Below are positions 47,510-56,924 of a DNA stretch of 64,000 nt, in pieces (within the stretch, counting starts at the first letter, position 1; each line of letters opens with the position of its first letter). The stretch comes from Candidatus Sericytochromatia bacterium S15B-MN24 CBMW_12. Its GTDB lineage: Bacteria; Cyanobacteriota; Sericytochromatia; S15B-MN24; UBA4093. Where the stretch lies: the NCBI GenBank assembly GCA_002083825.1, contig DAZV01000039.1, positions 9,733 to 73,732 of the forward strand, read 5' to 3'. Position numbers and translations under genes: made by a program. The notes beneath the pieces were generated by a model. The model was not told where the DNA came from and made no database searches. It saw nothing but the letters and a program-made list of their open reading frames with translations.

Positions 47510-48922
47510 CTAGTTGCGCTTCCCCAGATAACGTTCGAGCAAGCTCTCGGGCAGCCGGTTGTTCGTGGCGACCTGGCGATAGACCTCGGCCCCGCCGGTT
47601 CGGAAGCGGCGAAGCTCGGAGTCGCGTCGATCGATCCCGTAGAGTCCGAACTTCGGAGTGTAGGAGCCCCACTCGTAGTTGTCGGTCAAGGACCAGTGCA
47701 TGTACCCGAGGACCGGCACGCCTTCCGTCATGGCCCTGCGCAACTGCGCCAGGTGATTCACCAGGAAGGCCTCGCGGGTCCAGCCGTCCTTGCGCGGGTT
47801 GTCGGACTCGGTGGCGAGACCGTTCTCCGCCACGAGCAGCGGCAAGCGATAGCGCTCGTACAGCTTCTTGGAGACCTCGTAGAGTCCCTCGGGGTAGATG
47901 GGCCACTCCCAGAAGGTTCCTATCTTGCTCACGTCCCAGAACCCCAGGGCGTAGTAGTAGTCGAAGGCGACATAGTCGAGGTAGCGCTTCTCGGTTTGCG
48001 CCGTCGGCGGTGCCTCTCGGGTCGGGACGGTCGCGGGCGCCAGACGATCGAGCAGGCTGAAATCGTTGAGGTCATGGCTGGCTTGCGTCCCGTAGTTCGG
48101 CGCGTGCTGGCGGCGATGGAAGATGAAGGGGTTGATCGAGACCTGCGCGTCCGCATCGTGGGCGTGGAGGGCCTCGAACCCAGCCTGGTGAGCGAGGGCC
48201 ATGCGATCCATGGCCTTGGCGTAGGCGAAGGGATTACGCTTGCCGGGGGGATGAACGCCGGCAACGTAGCCGGTCAGGCCCGCCGTGTTGGGTTCGTTGA
48301 GCGTGATCCACCAGCGAACCTTGGGCCCGAACTCCTGGGCGGCCCATGCGGCGTAACGACGGAACTCGACGACGGTCTCGTCGGATTCCCAGCCGCCGTC
48401 CCCCCCCGTGAGGGGCCGATCGAGCCATGCGGGGTAGGCGAAGTGAAGCAGGGTGACCAGGGGTTCGATGCCCCGCGCGCGAAGCCCGTCGATCACCTGG
48501 TGGTAGTGCTGAACCGCTGCGGGATCGATCCGCCCCCGTTCAGGTTCGATGCGGGCCCACTCGATGCTCAGCCGAAAGGCATTCAAGCCCAGGTCCTGGG
48601 CCAGATCGAGGTCTTCTTGCCAGCGATTCCAGTGGTCCGTGGCCTTGCCGATGGGGTGCTCGACTCGCCTGGCGCGCTCCCACTCGGCCCACTGCGACGT
48701 CTGGTCCCCGCCGTCGTACTGATAGCCCGCCGTGGCGACGCCCCAGAGGAAGCCCGAGGGAAAGGCCTGATCCGAGCCTGGAACCGACTGGATGCGGAGT
48801 TTGCCGGAGTCGCCAAGCAAAGAGTTGCCCCCGAGGCCGCCGCAACCGGCCAAGAGGGCCAGCAGCCCCAGCATGCCACCGAACGCGCCCAGGAAACGGC
48901 TCAACTCGCTCCGAATTCCCAT
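47510..48922 (-). CDS. GH1 beta-glucosidase, lipoprotein-type signal
   Basis: 'FPSGFLWGVATAGYQYDGG', acid/base 'TLNEPN', nucleophile 'VAENGLA'. N-terminal 'LLALLAGCGG'. Confidence 0.9.
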   Translation of the reverse strand: MGIRSELSRFLGAFGGMLGLLALLAGCGGLGGNSLLGDSGKLRIQSVPGSDQAFPSGFLWGVATAGYQYDGGDQTSQWAEWERARRVEHPIGKATDHWNRWQEDLDLAQDLGLNAFRLSIEWARIEPERGRIDPAAVQHYHQVIDGLRARGIEPLVTLLHFAYPAWLDRPLTGGDGGWESDETVVEFRRYAAWAAQEFGPKVRWWITLNEPNTAGLTGYVAGVHPPGKRNPFAYAKAMDRMALAHQAGFEALHAHDADAQVSINPFIFHRRQHAPNYGTQASHDLNDFSLLDRLAPATVPTREAPPTAQTEKRYLDYVAFDYYYALGFWDVSKIGTFWEWPIYPEGLYEVSKKLYERYRLPLLVAENGLATESDNPRKDGWTREAFLVNHLAQLRRAMTEGVPVLGYMHWSLTDNYEWGSYTPKFGLYGIDRRDSELRRFRTGGAEVYRQVATNNRLPESLLERYLGKRN

Positions 48923-49245
48923 GCTTTATCCTCTCCTCGTCGAACGTTCGCTCCGTCGATGTCTTATAGAGGGAGGGGCCTCGTAACTTTCGCTGGGATT
49001 TAATCTAATGACGGCATGTCGTTCTTGTTCTGACGTACGGCGTGCGATGGCTTCGAGCGGCCCGTCATGAGGAACGAACGGCCCGTGGGTATGTTAGCTA
49101 AGGGGCCCGTCGCGGGGCCGGGAAAGACTGCTGGAATCTGGATCGGGGTCGGTCGCGATGTTTGTCCCGCGCATCCGCAAGGTTCCTGGGCCGAATGGCG
49201 ATAATCATTGAAAGATTCACTCGTTGATCGTGGGAGGACATAGAG

Positions 49246-50364
49246 ATGGACAAGCAGGTTTCGACTTCCAAGCTGGGTTCCCTGAACTGGGCGGCCATTC
49301 TCGCTCCCTCCAAGTCGGCCGAAGCGCCGGCTACCGATGCCAAACCGGTGGAGTCGCAGGAAGAGATCGGAACGGCGGGTCTGTTCAAGCCCAAGCGGGA
49401 CGTCGTCGACATCAGCGTGCCGAATCGGGGCGCCTCGGGGGCGGTCATCCGCGAGCAGGTGATGCGGATCGACGGCGAAATCACCTCGCTCAACAAGGCG
49501 CTTTACCGCAATCAGGTCGACCTTGCCGACGCTCACGACGAGCGCGCCGAGCTTGGCGACGAGCTGGCCCGCAAGCTGAAGCGCGCCGACGAGATCAAGC
49601 AGGATCTGACCGGCGCCCGGGGTGAGAAGGCCCAGCTCAAGGAGGAGATCGCGGAGATCGCCGGCAGGATCGACGTGGTCGACGGCAAGATCGATGATCT
49701 CAAGTCGGAGCAAGACGCGCTGATCAAGCGAGAGTCGGAACTCAGCAAGCAGCATCGCCAGCAATACGGGCGGGCTCAGGGCGCCCAGGACTACGCCGAG
49801 TACTTGAAGACGCTTCCTGGTCATGCCCAGGGCGACGACTCGCTGAGTCAGGTCCGGGAGGAAGCCGCTTCCCAGGAAGCCCGCGATGCCCGGGGGCGCA
49901 TGCATGGGACGGAAGGCAAGCTGACCGAGACCAACACGCGGCAAGCGGTCATCTCCATCGAGGGGTACTTTCTCGGCCTGCGCCGCGGCAAGTTGCAGGC
50001 CCAGGGCGAGGCCAAGGAAGGCGAGCTGGATCTGACCCAGCACCGGATCGACCTCTTGAGGGGCAAGCAAGACCGGCTCGGGGACCGGATCTCCGAGAAT
50101 CGCGAGCAGCTTTCGAAGGTCGATGCCCAGATTTCCAAGACCGAAAAGACGATAGCGACCATCGAGCGCAAGATTACCGATTTCGAGACCATGCGCGACG
50201 AGGTGCTCGGAGCTGCCATCGACGCTCGCATCGAGAACGCCGACGCGCTGGGGGGCAAGATTGCCGAGTTGGAGGATGCCATCCTCAGGCTCAAGAGCGA
50301 GCTTTCCAGCACCAAGGACGAGCTCAAGGATCTCAAGGAGATGCGCGAGTCCTACGCGCCCTAG
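49246..50364 (+). CDS. hypothetical coiled-coil protein
   Basis: 372 aa, rich in Glu/Lys/Arg/Leu/Asp with heptad-like stretches. GGGAGGA RBS 7 nt upstream. A hairpin lies downstream. Confidence 0.7.
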   Translation: MDKQVSTSKLGSLNWAAILAPSKSAEAPATDAKPVESQEEIGTAGLFKPKRDVVDISVPNRGASGAVIREQVMRIDGEITSLNKALYRNQVDLADAHDERAELGDELARKLKRADEIKQDLTGARGEKAQLKEEIAEIAGRIDVVDGKIDDLKSEQDALIKRESELSKQHRQQYGRAQGAQDYAEYLKTLPGHAQGDDSLSQVREEAASQEARDARGRMHGTEGKLTETNTRQAVISIEGYFLGLRRGKLQAQGEAKEGELDLTQHRIDLLRGKQDRLGDRISENREQLSKVDAQISKTEKTIATIERKITDFETMRDEVLGAAIDARIENADALGGKIAELEDAILRLKSELSSTKDELKDLKEMRESYAP

Positions 50365-50381
50365 TTCCAAAAAATCGAGAA

Positions 50382-50409
50382 GCGAGGGGAGACGGGAGTC
50401 TCCCCTCGC
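50382..50409. terminator. hairpin between convergent genes
   Basis: 11-bp stem gcgaggggaga/tctcccctcgc with a 6-nt loop. Confidence 0.6.
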
Positions 50410-50451
50410 TTCGTTCTCCGCCTCAACGCGGGACGACCCGGGTGCGCTTGG

Positions 50452-51837
50452 CTAGTTGGCGGTCTGTGAAGGGACGGTGGACTTGACGATGGCGTCGAGG
50501 AGGCGGGTCACGCCGACGACTTCCATGCCTGGGGGCGGGACGAGGCGCTCGTCGAGATTGTGCCCGGGGACCACGGCCAGGGTGAAACCCAGTTTCTGGG
50601 CTTCCTTGAGGCGGGCTTCGAGGGAGCTTACGGCGCGGACTTCGCCGTTGAGCCCCACTTCTCCGATGGCGATGGCGTGGGGTTTGAGGGCGACGTCTCG
50701 CAAGCTGGAGGCGACCGCGAGGGCCACGCCGAGGTCGCCGGCGGGTTCGTCGATGGAGAGGCCGCCCACGACGTTGACGTAGACGTCGCACTTGGAGAGG
50801 GGAAGGCCGACCCTTTTTTCGAGGACGGCGAGGATCTGCACCATGCGGTTGTGCTCGATGCCGGTGGCGGCGCGGCGCGGAGACGGCAGGAACGAGGGGC
50901 TGACGAGCGCCTGGATTTCGACCAGGAGGGGGCGGGTGCCTTCCATGGTGGAGACGATGGCGGAGCCCATGGTTTCGGTGGTTCGTTCGGCGAGAAAGAG
51001 GGCCGAGGGGTTGGTGACCTCGGCGAGGCCGTCGGAGCGCATCTCGAAGATGCCGACCTCGTTGGTGGATCCGAAGCGGTTCTTGACGGCGCGCACCAGG
51101 CGGTAGGATTTGAAGCGATCGCCCTCGAAGTAGAGGACGGTATCCACCATGTGCTCCAGCACCCGGGGGCCGGCGAGGGTGCCCTCCTTGGTGACATGCC
51201 CGACGATGCAGAGGCTGACGCCTTGATCCTTGGCGAGGCGCATGAGCGAGCCGGTGGCGGCCCGGACCTGCGAGACGGAGCCCGGAGTCGAGGCGAGGTC
51301 GGGGTTGTAGATGGCCTGGATCGAGTCGATCACCGCCCAGTCGGGCTGCATCTCGTGGAGGGCCGCCTCGATGACGTTGGTGTCGTTCTCGGCGAGGATG
51401 AAAAGGCCGTCATGCTCGGCTCCGAGCCGCTTGGCGCGCATGCGGATCTGCCGGGCCGACTCCTCGCCGGAGACGTAGAGGACCCGCTTTCCGACCGACG
51501 CCAGGTACTGGGCCACTTGCAGCAGCAAGGTGGACTTGCCGATGCCGGGATCTCCGCCGAGCAGGACGAGCGAGCCGGGAACGATGCCACCGCCGAGCAC
51601 CCGATCCAGCTCTTCCAGACCGGTGGTGAAGCGCTCCTCTTCATCGAGCGTGACGGCCTTGAGCGGGACGGGCGTACTCCGCCGGGCGGCCTTTACGGCA
51701 GGCGCCAGCTTTGCGTCGTTCTCCTCGGCCATGGTGTTCCATTCGCTGCATTCGGGGCAGCGCCCCACCCAGCGGGGCTGCTCGGAGGCGCAGTTTTGAC
51801 AGACGAACTTGATCTTGACCTTGCTTACCTTCGCCAT
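50452..51837 (-). CDS. radA: DNA repair protein RadA
   Basis: N-terminal zinc ribbon 'FVCQNCASEQPRWVGRCPECSEWNT', Walker A 'GGDPGIGKSTLLLQ', the 'KNRFG' motif and a Lon-like C-terminal domain. Start trimmed to MAKVSKVK. Confidence 0.95.
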   Translation of the reverse strand: MAKVSKVKIKFVCQNCASEQPRWVGRCPECSEWNTMAEENDAKLAPAVKAARRSTPVPLKAVTLDEEERFTTGLEELDRVLGGGIVPGSLVLLGGDPGIGKSTLLLQVAQYLASVGKRVLYVSGEESARQIRMRAKRLGAEHDGLFILAENDTNVIEAALHEMQPDWAVIDSIQAIYNPDLASTPGSVSQVRAATGSLMRLAKDQGVSLCIVGHVTKEGTLAGPRVLEHMVDTVLYFEGDRFKSYRLVRAVKNRFGSTNEVGIFEMRSDGLAEVTNPSALFLAERTTETMGSAIVSTMEGTRPLLVEIQALVSPSFLPSPRRAATGIEHNRMVQILAVLEKRVGLPLSKCDVYVNVVGGLSIDEPAGDLGVALAVASSLRDVALKPHAIAIGEVGLNGEVRAVSSLEARLKEAQKLGFTLAVVPGHNLDERLVPPPGMEVVGVTRLLDAIVKSTVPSQTAN

Positions 51838-51911
51838 GGAGCCCCCTTCGGATTTCAAACGGATGTTCGAGTCAGTATACCGGATCCGGGAACCCGGAGC
51901 GAGCGGATCGC

Positions 51912-52778
51912 TTAACCCTTGACGCCGCCGGAAGTGAGACCGGAGACGATGTAGCGCTGGAGGAAGAGCATGACCACGACCACGGGCAGGGAGATGATGA
52001 TGCTCATGGCGGCGAACTGGCTCCAGGGCTTGAAGGTGCCGTACTGACCGACCATCGAGTAGAGGGCCATGGCGAGCGTGAAGGTCTTGGGATTCTCGAG
52101 CATGGTCCATGCGAGGATGATTTCGGTCCAGCCGGTCATGAAGCCGAAGAGGGCGGTGACCGCCACGGCGGGGGCCGAGAGGGGCAGGACGATTTTCCAG
52201 AACGTCTGGGTCCGGGTGCAGCCGTCGATCATGGCGGCTTCTTCGAGGTCCTTGGGAACGGTATCGAAGTATCCCTTGAGGTTCCAGATGGCGAAGGGCA
52301 GGGTGCCTGCCGCATAGGCGATCATGAGGCCGAGGATGGACGTGCGGATATGCAGGGCGGAAAGCAGAACGAAGAGGGGGGCGATCGAGACGACGGCGGG
52401 GAACATCTGCAGGACGATGAAGGTCATGAGGCCCGTCTGCCTCCCCGGGAAGCGGAAACGCGAGAACGCGTAAGCGGCGCTGGCCCCTAGCGCGATGCCG
52501 AAGGCGGTGGTGCCGAAGGAGACCAGCATGCTGTTGCGCAGCAGATCCCAGAAGGTGATGCCGTCGATTTCGGTGGGGTTGGAAAGGACCTGGCGGAAAG
52601 CGTCGAAGGAGATGCCGGACGGCAAGAGCTTGAGCTCGGTGGGACGCGCTACCGAGTTGGGGTCGAGCGCCATCGCGATCACCCAGAGCACCGGGAAGAT
52701 CGAGAAGAGGGCGAAGACGACGAGGACGAAGTGGGCGCCCGTGAGGCGGGCGAGGGTCATGAGGTTTCTCTTGCTCAC
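51912..52778 (-). CDS. carbohydrate ABC transporter permease (MalG-type)
   Basis: EAA loop 'VPKDLEEAAMIDGCTRTQTFWKIVLP' and C-terminal 'SGLTSGGVKG'. GTG start 7 nt after AGGAGG, just past the upstream stop. Confidence 0.9.
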   Translation of the reverse strand: MSKRNLMTLARLTGAHFVLVVFALFSIFPVLWVIAMALDPNSVARPTELKLLPSGISFDAFRQVLSNPTEIDGITFWDLLRNSMLVSFGTTAFGIALGASAAYAFSRFRFPGRQTGLMTFIVLQMFPAVVSIAPLFVLLSALHIRTSILGLMIAYAAGTLPFAIWNLKGYFDTVPKDLEEAAMIDGCTRTQTFWKIVLPLSAPAVAVTALFGFMTGWTEIILAWTMLENPKTFTLAMALYSMVGQYGTFKPWSQFAAMSIIISLPVVVVMLFLQRYIVSGLTSGGVKG

Positions 52779-52780
52779 GG

Positions 52781-53701
52781 CTAGACCTCCTGAGTGGCCT
52801 TGGTGAGCTTGAGATTCACCAGGGTGAAGCCGAGCAGGATGAAGAAGATGATGAACGCGAAGGCCGAAGCCTGGCCGTACATCCCCATGTCCACCAGCTT
52901 GTAGGCTTGAGTGACGAGGATCTCCGTCTTCCCGAAGGGATTGCCCTGGGTGACGAAGTAGATCACGTTGAAGTTGTTGAAGGTCCAGATGAAGCCCAGC
53001 ATGATGGCGGGAACCATGGCAGGCTGGAGCATGGGGGCGGTGACGGTCCAGAACTTGCGCCAGGGGTTGGCGCCGTCCATGTCGGCGGCCTCGTAGAGGT
53101 CGGAGGGAATGGCCTGGAGCGCCCCGGAAGCCACCATCATCATGAAGGGAAAGCCCATCCAGACATTGACGAGCAAGACGGCGTAGAAGGCGTTGGGGAA
53201 CTGTCCGAGCCAGTCGACGTTGGCGGGAAGGAAGGGCAGGATCTGCCGCCATTCCTTGAGGAGCAGGTTGACGGCTCCGAACTGGGTATCGAACATGTTC
53301 TTCCAGACCAGGGCCGTCACGTACGTGGGAACGGCCCATGGCAGGATGAGCAGGGCGCGGTAAACGCGCTTGCCTCGGAGTCCCGGCGTGTTGATGAGCA
53401 GTGCCAAGGAGACGCCGAGCGAGACGTGGAAGATCAGGTTGGCGAAGGTCCAGACGAAGTTGAACCCGAGGACGTTCAGGAAGTTGAAGTCGAGGTAGGG
53501 CGCGTGGGTGAGGATGTCCCAGAAGTTCTGGAAGCCGACGTATTCGGGGTTCTGGAGGCGGATATGGCGCGGGCTGAAGTTGGTGAACGCCATCCAGACG
53601 CCGTAGAAGAGCGGGTAGAGCGTGATGAGCGCCATGATGACGGCGGAGGGCAGGATGAAGCGGACGGCGAGGCTCGTCTCGGAGAGGTCCTTTTTCTTCA
53701 T
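52781..53701 (-). CDS. carbohydrate ABC transporter permease (MalF-type)
   Basis: 'AIPSDLYEAADMDGANPWRKFWTVTAPML' EAA loop. Start MKKKDLSE with an ATGA overlap to the binding-protein gene. Confidence 0.9.
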   Translation of the reverse strand: MKKKDLSETSLAVRFILPSAVIMALITLYPLFYGVWMAFTNFSPRHIRLQNPEYVGFQNFWDILTHAPYLDFNFLNVLGFNFVWTFANLIFHVSLGVSLALLINTPGLRGKRVYRALLILPWAVPTYVTALVWKNMFDTQFGAVNLLLKEWRQILPFLPANVDWLGQFPNAFYAVLLVNVWMGFPFMMMVASGALQAIPSDLYEAADMDGANPWRKFWTVTAPMLQPAMVPAIMLGFIWTFNNFNVIYFVTQGNPFGKTEILVTQAYKLVDMGMYGQASAFAFIIFFILLGFTLVNLKLTKATQEV

Positions 53702-54915
53702 AGCTTGCGCACGGCGGCGATCTTGGCCTCGATGAGCGACTGGGCGTCGACGATCGCCTCCGCCGGTGGCTTGGCGCCCGTCAGAACCTCCTCGATGGCC
53801 TTGTCCATGGGAGTCCAGACCTCCTTCATCTCGGGGTCGGGGGGAAGCGGGGTTCCCCACTTGGCCTGGCGCTCGAAGGCTGCCAAGGGGCTGTCTTCGG
53901 GGATGGTGATGCCCTTGATGGCGGGGACGTGTCCGGCCATGTCCAGCATGCGGACCATGTTGGAAGCCGAGGTGAAGAAGTCGGCGAAGTCCAGGGCGCG
54001 CTCCCGATGGGCGGCGTCCGAGTTGGGATTGAACATCATGCACTTGATGCCGACGAACGGCATGGCCGGCACCATCCCCTCGACCATGGGCAACGTGGTG
54101 ACGCCGAGGTCAGCTCCTAGCACCTGCTGGTAATCCCCGAGCGCCCAGGGACCGTTGATCGTCATGGCGGCCTTCTTCTCGCGGAAGAGAGCGTCGGCGT
54201 AGCCGTAGTCGCTCTTGGCGGCAAACCGGGGATGATCCCGCATGCTCTTCAGGAGACTCAACCACTTCGTCGCTCCCGGAGTCGCTACCCGTGCTTTCCC
54301 CTCGGCATCGAGCAGCTTGCCGCCATGGCCGAAAAGATAGCCTGCCGCGAAGTAGAACTGGGTGTTGTAGGCGAGCAAGTACTCGCCATTCCAGTAGTCG
54401 CGCGAATTGGCGCGAACGAAGAGGGCCTCGAGGGTCTTGGGAGGGCCGCTTGGGATCATGGCCTTGTTGTAATAGAGCGCGACGGTTTCCATGCTCTCCG
54501 GGAGGGCGTAGAGCCGGTCCTTGTAGCGAAGGGCCGAGAGCGCCACGTTTTGGTAGCGCTGAAGTTGAGCATCGGGAATCTGATCGTCGAGCGGAGCGAC
54601 GACCTCGGACTGGACGAACTTGCCGATCCAATCGGTGGCGCCGATCAAGACGTCGGGGCCACCGTTGGCGGCTGCGCTTCGCAAGTACTTGTCCTGAAGG
54701 CGGTCGGAGGGAACCTGGAGGGCGATGACCTCGGTGCCGGGGCGCTCGGTCTGATAGACCTCGATGGCTTCTTTGAGGGCCGCGAGTTCGGCTCCGCCCC
54801 AGGGGTGCCAGAGCGTGATGGTCCGGGTGGATCCGGCATCGGAACAGCCGGCGAGCAAGGTGACCGCCAGGGTTGTCGTCAGGGTCGCGACTGCGACCGT
54901 TCGCCACCGTCGCAT
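53698..54915 (-). CDS. ABC transporter sugar-binding lipoprotein (MalE-type)
   Basis: Start trimmed to 'MRRWRTVAVATLTTTLAVTLLAGCS' (lipobox). Family-1 SBP features include 'ITLWHPWGG' and 'DVLIGATDWIGKF'. Confidence 0.85.
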   Translation of the reverse strand: MRRWRTVAVATLTTTLAVTLLAGCSDAGSTRTITLWHPWGGAELAALKEAIEVYQTERPGTEVIALQVPSDRLQDKYLRSAAANGGPDVLIGATDWIGKFVQSEVVAPLDDQIPDAQLQRYQNVALSALRYKDRLYALPESMETVALYYNKAMIPSGPPKTLEALFVRANSRDYWNGEYLLAYNTQFYFAAGYLFGHGGKLLDAEGKARVATPGATKWLSLLKSMRDHPRFAAKSDYGYADALFREKKAAMTINGPWALGDYQQVLGADLGVTTLPMVEGMVPAMPFVGIKCMMFNPNSDAAHRERALDFADFFTSASNMVRMLDMAGHVPAIKGITIPEDSPLAAFERQAKWGTPLPPDPEMKEVWTPMDKAIEEVLTGAKPPAEAIVDAQSLIEAKIAAVRKL

Positions 54916-55218
54916 CCTGGAAATCTGCCGTCGTTGCGTGACCAAGGTCTTCGCCCCTCTTCGTCGCCGTGGCGACCGACGCTTGCCTTCGATGGCCGCT
55001 TGACGGCCATTGGGCAACCCCACTACGGTTTTTTCCTTATAGCATAGCAGTCAATTGACCGTCAAACGACGAAGGCCGTAGGTTTTCAGCTCGGTTTCCG
55101 TAAGCTTATCCTCCGCGAGCGGATGGCTTGTTATATAATGTCTCGGGTTGTGAAGTTTCTTGTAGGCGCTGGTCATGGATCGCGCTTTCGGAATCGAACT
55201 TCCCCACGGGAAACCGGC

Positions 55219-55273
55219 TGATGCCGGGGTGATACCGGGGTGATACCGGGGTGATACCGGGGTGATATGGAGG
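55219..55273. repeat. five tandem 11-bp direct repeats (tgatRccgggg)
   Basis: tgatgccgggg, then tgataccgggg three times, then tgatatggagg. The last unit runs into the GGAGG RBS of the kinase gene at 55284. Confidence 0.9.
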
Positions 55274-55283
55274 GACGCCAGCG

Positions 55284-56126
55284 ATGACGCTACGACATGG
55301 CCCCAGAGCCGCCCCGCCCGTCTCGGGCATGGAGATCCTCTTTTACATGGCCCTGGCGAACCAGGCCCTCCGCGAGGAATCCGCCACGCCCCGCACCGTC
55401 GAGCGCGAGGTCTCCTCCTTTCACGACGACATCCTCGCCAACATCGGCCACGAGCTTCGCACGCCGCTCACCATCATCCAGGGGCTCTCCGAGATCCTTC
55501 TCGACGACGCCACCGGCACCCTCCCCCCCCAGTACTGCGATTTCCTCAAGCAAATCCACCAGGCGAGCCGAAAGCTCGGACAACTGGCCGAAACCAGCAT
55601 CATGCTGACCAAGCTGAATTCGGGCTACCTCAAGATCCATCCCGTCCCCATCCAGGTCGACGAAGCCATCCAGCGGGTGATCGGTCAGTACCAGGAAGAG
55701 ATCGAAGCCAAGCGTCTCGTCTTGTCGATGGTCCTCGAGGATCACCTGCCGCTGGTCTGGGCCGATGGGCTCTGCCTCGAAATCGCCCTGCAAGCCCTCA
55801 TGGATAACGCCATCAAGTTCAACGTCGAGGGGGGGCACATCACCTGGACGGCTTCCTCCCGCAACGGTCACGTTTGCTTGGCACTGGCCGATACCGGGGT
55901 CGGCATTCCCCCCGCGAAGCTTCCCGCCCTGTTTGCCGTTTTCGGGCAAGTGGAGAGCGGCACCACGCGCCGTTTCGGGGGGCTGGGCCTGGGCTTGCCT
56001 CTCGTCAAGAAACTCATGGCCAGCATGCACGGCGACATCATCGCCGACAGTCGCGGCGACAACCTAGGAACCACCTTCACCATGACCTTGCCTAGCGTCT
56101 CTGCCGACGATCAGTTCTCCGATTAG
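55284..56126 (+). CDS. soluble histidine kinase lacking a recognisable sensor domain
   Basis: H-box 'ILANIGHELRTPLT', N-box 'ALMDNAIKFN', G-boxes 'DTGVGIP' and 'FGGLGLGLPLVK'. Only ~45 aa precede the HisKA domain. The alternative start is 55329. Confidence 0.8.
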   Translation: MTLRHGPRAAPPVSGMEILFYMALANQALREESATPRTVEREVSSFHDDILANIGHELRTPLTIIQGLSEILLDDATGTLPPQYCDFLKQIHQASRKLGQLAETSIMLTKLNSGYLKIHPVPIQVDEAIQRVIGQYQEEIEAKRLVLSMVLEDHLPLVWADGLCLEIALQALMDNAIKFNVEGGHITWTASSRNGHVCLALADTGVGIPPAKLPALFAVFGQVESGTTRRFGGLGLGLPLVKKLMASMHGDIIADSRGDNLGTTFTMTLPSVSADDQFSD

Positions 56127-56144
56127 GCAGCAAGGGGATCGGGG

Positions 56145-56150
56145 TAAGAT
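56145..56150 (+). promoter_or_regulatory. -10-like hexamer TAAGAT 6 nt upstream of trpC ATG (leaderless-type)
   Basis: TAAGAT at 56145-56150 and ATG at 56157, with no Shine-Dalgarno in between. Confidence 0.35.
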
Positions 56151-56156
56151 TCCCCT

Positions 56157-56924
56157 ATGAGTACCATTCTTGAAGCGATTCTCACCCGCAAGCGCAGCGA
56201 GGTCGCGAGTATCGATCCGTCCGCACTCCCCCCGCCGAGCCATCTTCGCCGCAGCTTCCGATCGGCTCTCCTTCGCGGGGCCCCGGTCGCCCTCATCGCC
56301 GAAATCAAACGCCGTAGCCCCAGCCGCCCGCTCATTCGAGAGGATTTCGACCCGCCGGCGATGGCGATTGCCTATCAGGCGGGTGGGGCGTCAGCCCTGT
56401 CCGTCCTCACCGACGAATTCTTCTTCGGGGGGGCGCTCACCGACATGCGCGCCGCCCGAATGGCCTGCGATCTTCCGATTCTGCGCAAGGACTTCATCAT
56501 CGACGAGGTCCAACTTCCCCAGGCGCGCGCTTACGGGGCCGATGCGGTCCTGCTGATCGCCGCGGCCCTCGACGATGCCGAGCTTTCCGCCCTCATGAAG
56601 GCCTGCGCTCGCTGGGAACTGGAGTTCCTGCTGGAGGTGCATGACCTGGCCGAGCTGGAGCGCGCCTTGAGTCTCGGAGCTCCGCTCATCGGGGTGAACA
56701 ACCGGGATCTCAAGCACTTCACGGTCGACCTGGCATCGACTCGCGCGGTCGCCGAGCGTATCCGGACGCTTTCGACGCCTCCGGTCCTGGTTAGCGAGTC
56801 CGGGATCGCAACGGTCCAGGACCGGCACATGCTGGAAGATTGGGGCGTTCAGGCGATGCTGGTCGGGGAGTCCTTGCTCAAGCAGTCGGATCTCGCGGCG
56901 GCGACCCGGGCGATCTTGGCGTGA
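56157..56924 (+). CDS. trpC: indole-3-glycerol phosphate synthase
   Basis: 'ILEAILTRKRSEV', 'ALIAEIKRRSPS', 'ALSVLTDEFFFGG', 'PILRKDFIIDEVQ', 'IGVNNRDL' are TrpC signature blocks. Confidence 0.93.
   Translation: MSTILEAILTRKRSEVASIDPSALPPPSHLRRSFRSALLRGAPVALIAEIKRRSPSRPLIREDFDPPAMAIAYQAGGASALSVLTDEFFFGGALTDMRAARMACDLPILRKDFIIDEVQLPQARAYGADAVLLIAAALDDAELSALMKACARWELEFLLEVHDLAELERALSLGAPLIGVNNRDLKHFTVDLASTRAVAERIRTLSTPPVLVSESGIATVQDRHMLEDWGVQAMLVGESLLKQSDLAAATRAILA

Noticed and set aside
46574-49003. 809-aa plus-strand ORF
   Set aside because: It is antisense to both ppc and the GH1 gene and spans their intergenic region. The real genes carry unambiguous signatures.
49000-50370. 456-aa minus-strand ORF opposite the coiled-coil gene
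   Set aside because: A Leu/Gly/Asp/Val-rich translation is what the reverse complement of Glu/Lys/Leu-rich coiled-coil codons produces. The plus-strand ORF has a GGGAGGA RBS and a downstream hairpin, and the minus-strand ORF has neither.
55106-55330. 74-aa minus-strand ORF and 181-aa plus-strand ORF (55262-55807) covering the 11-bp repeats
   Set aside because: An 11-bp unit shifts frame at every repeat, giving low-complexity Pro/Gly/His text. The plus-strand ORF is out of frame with the kinase, whose H, N and G boxes identify the true frame.
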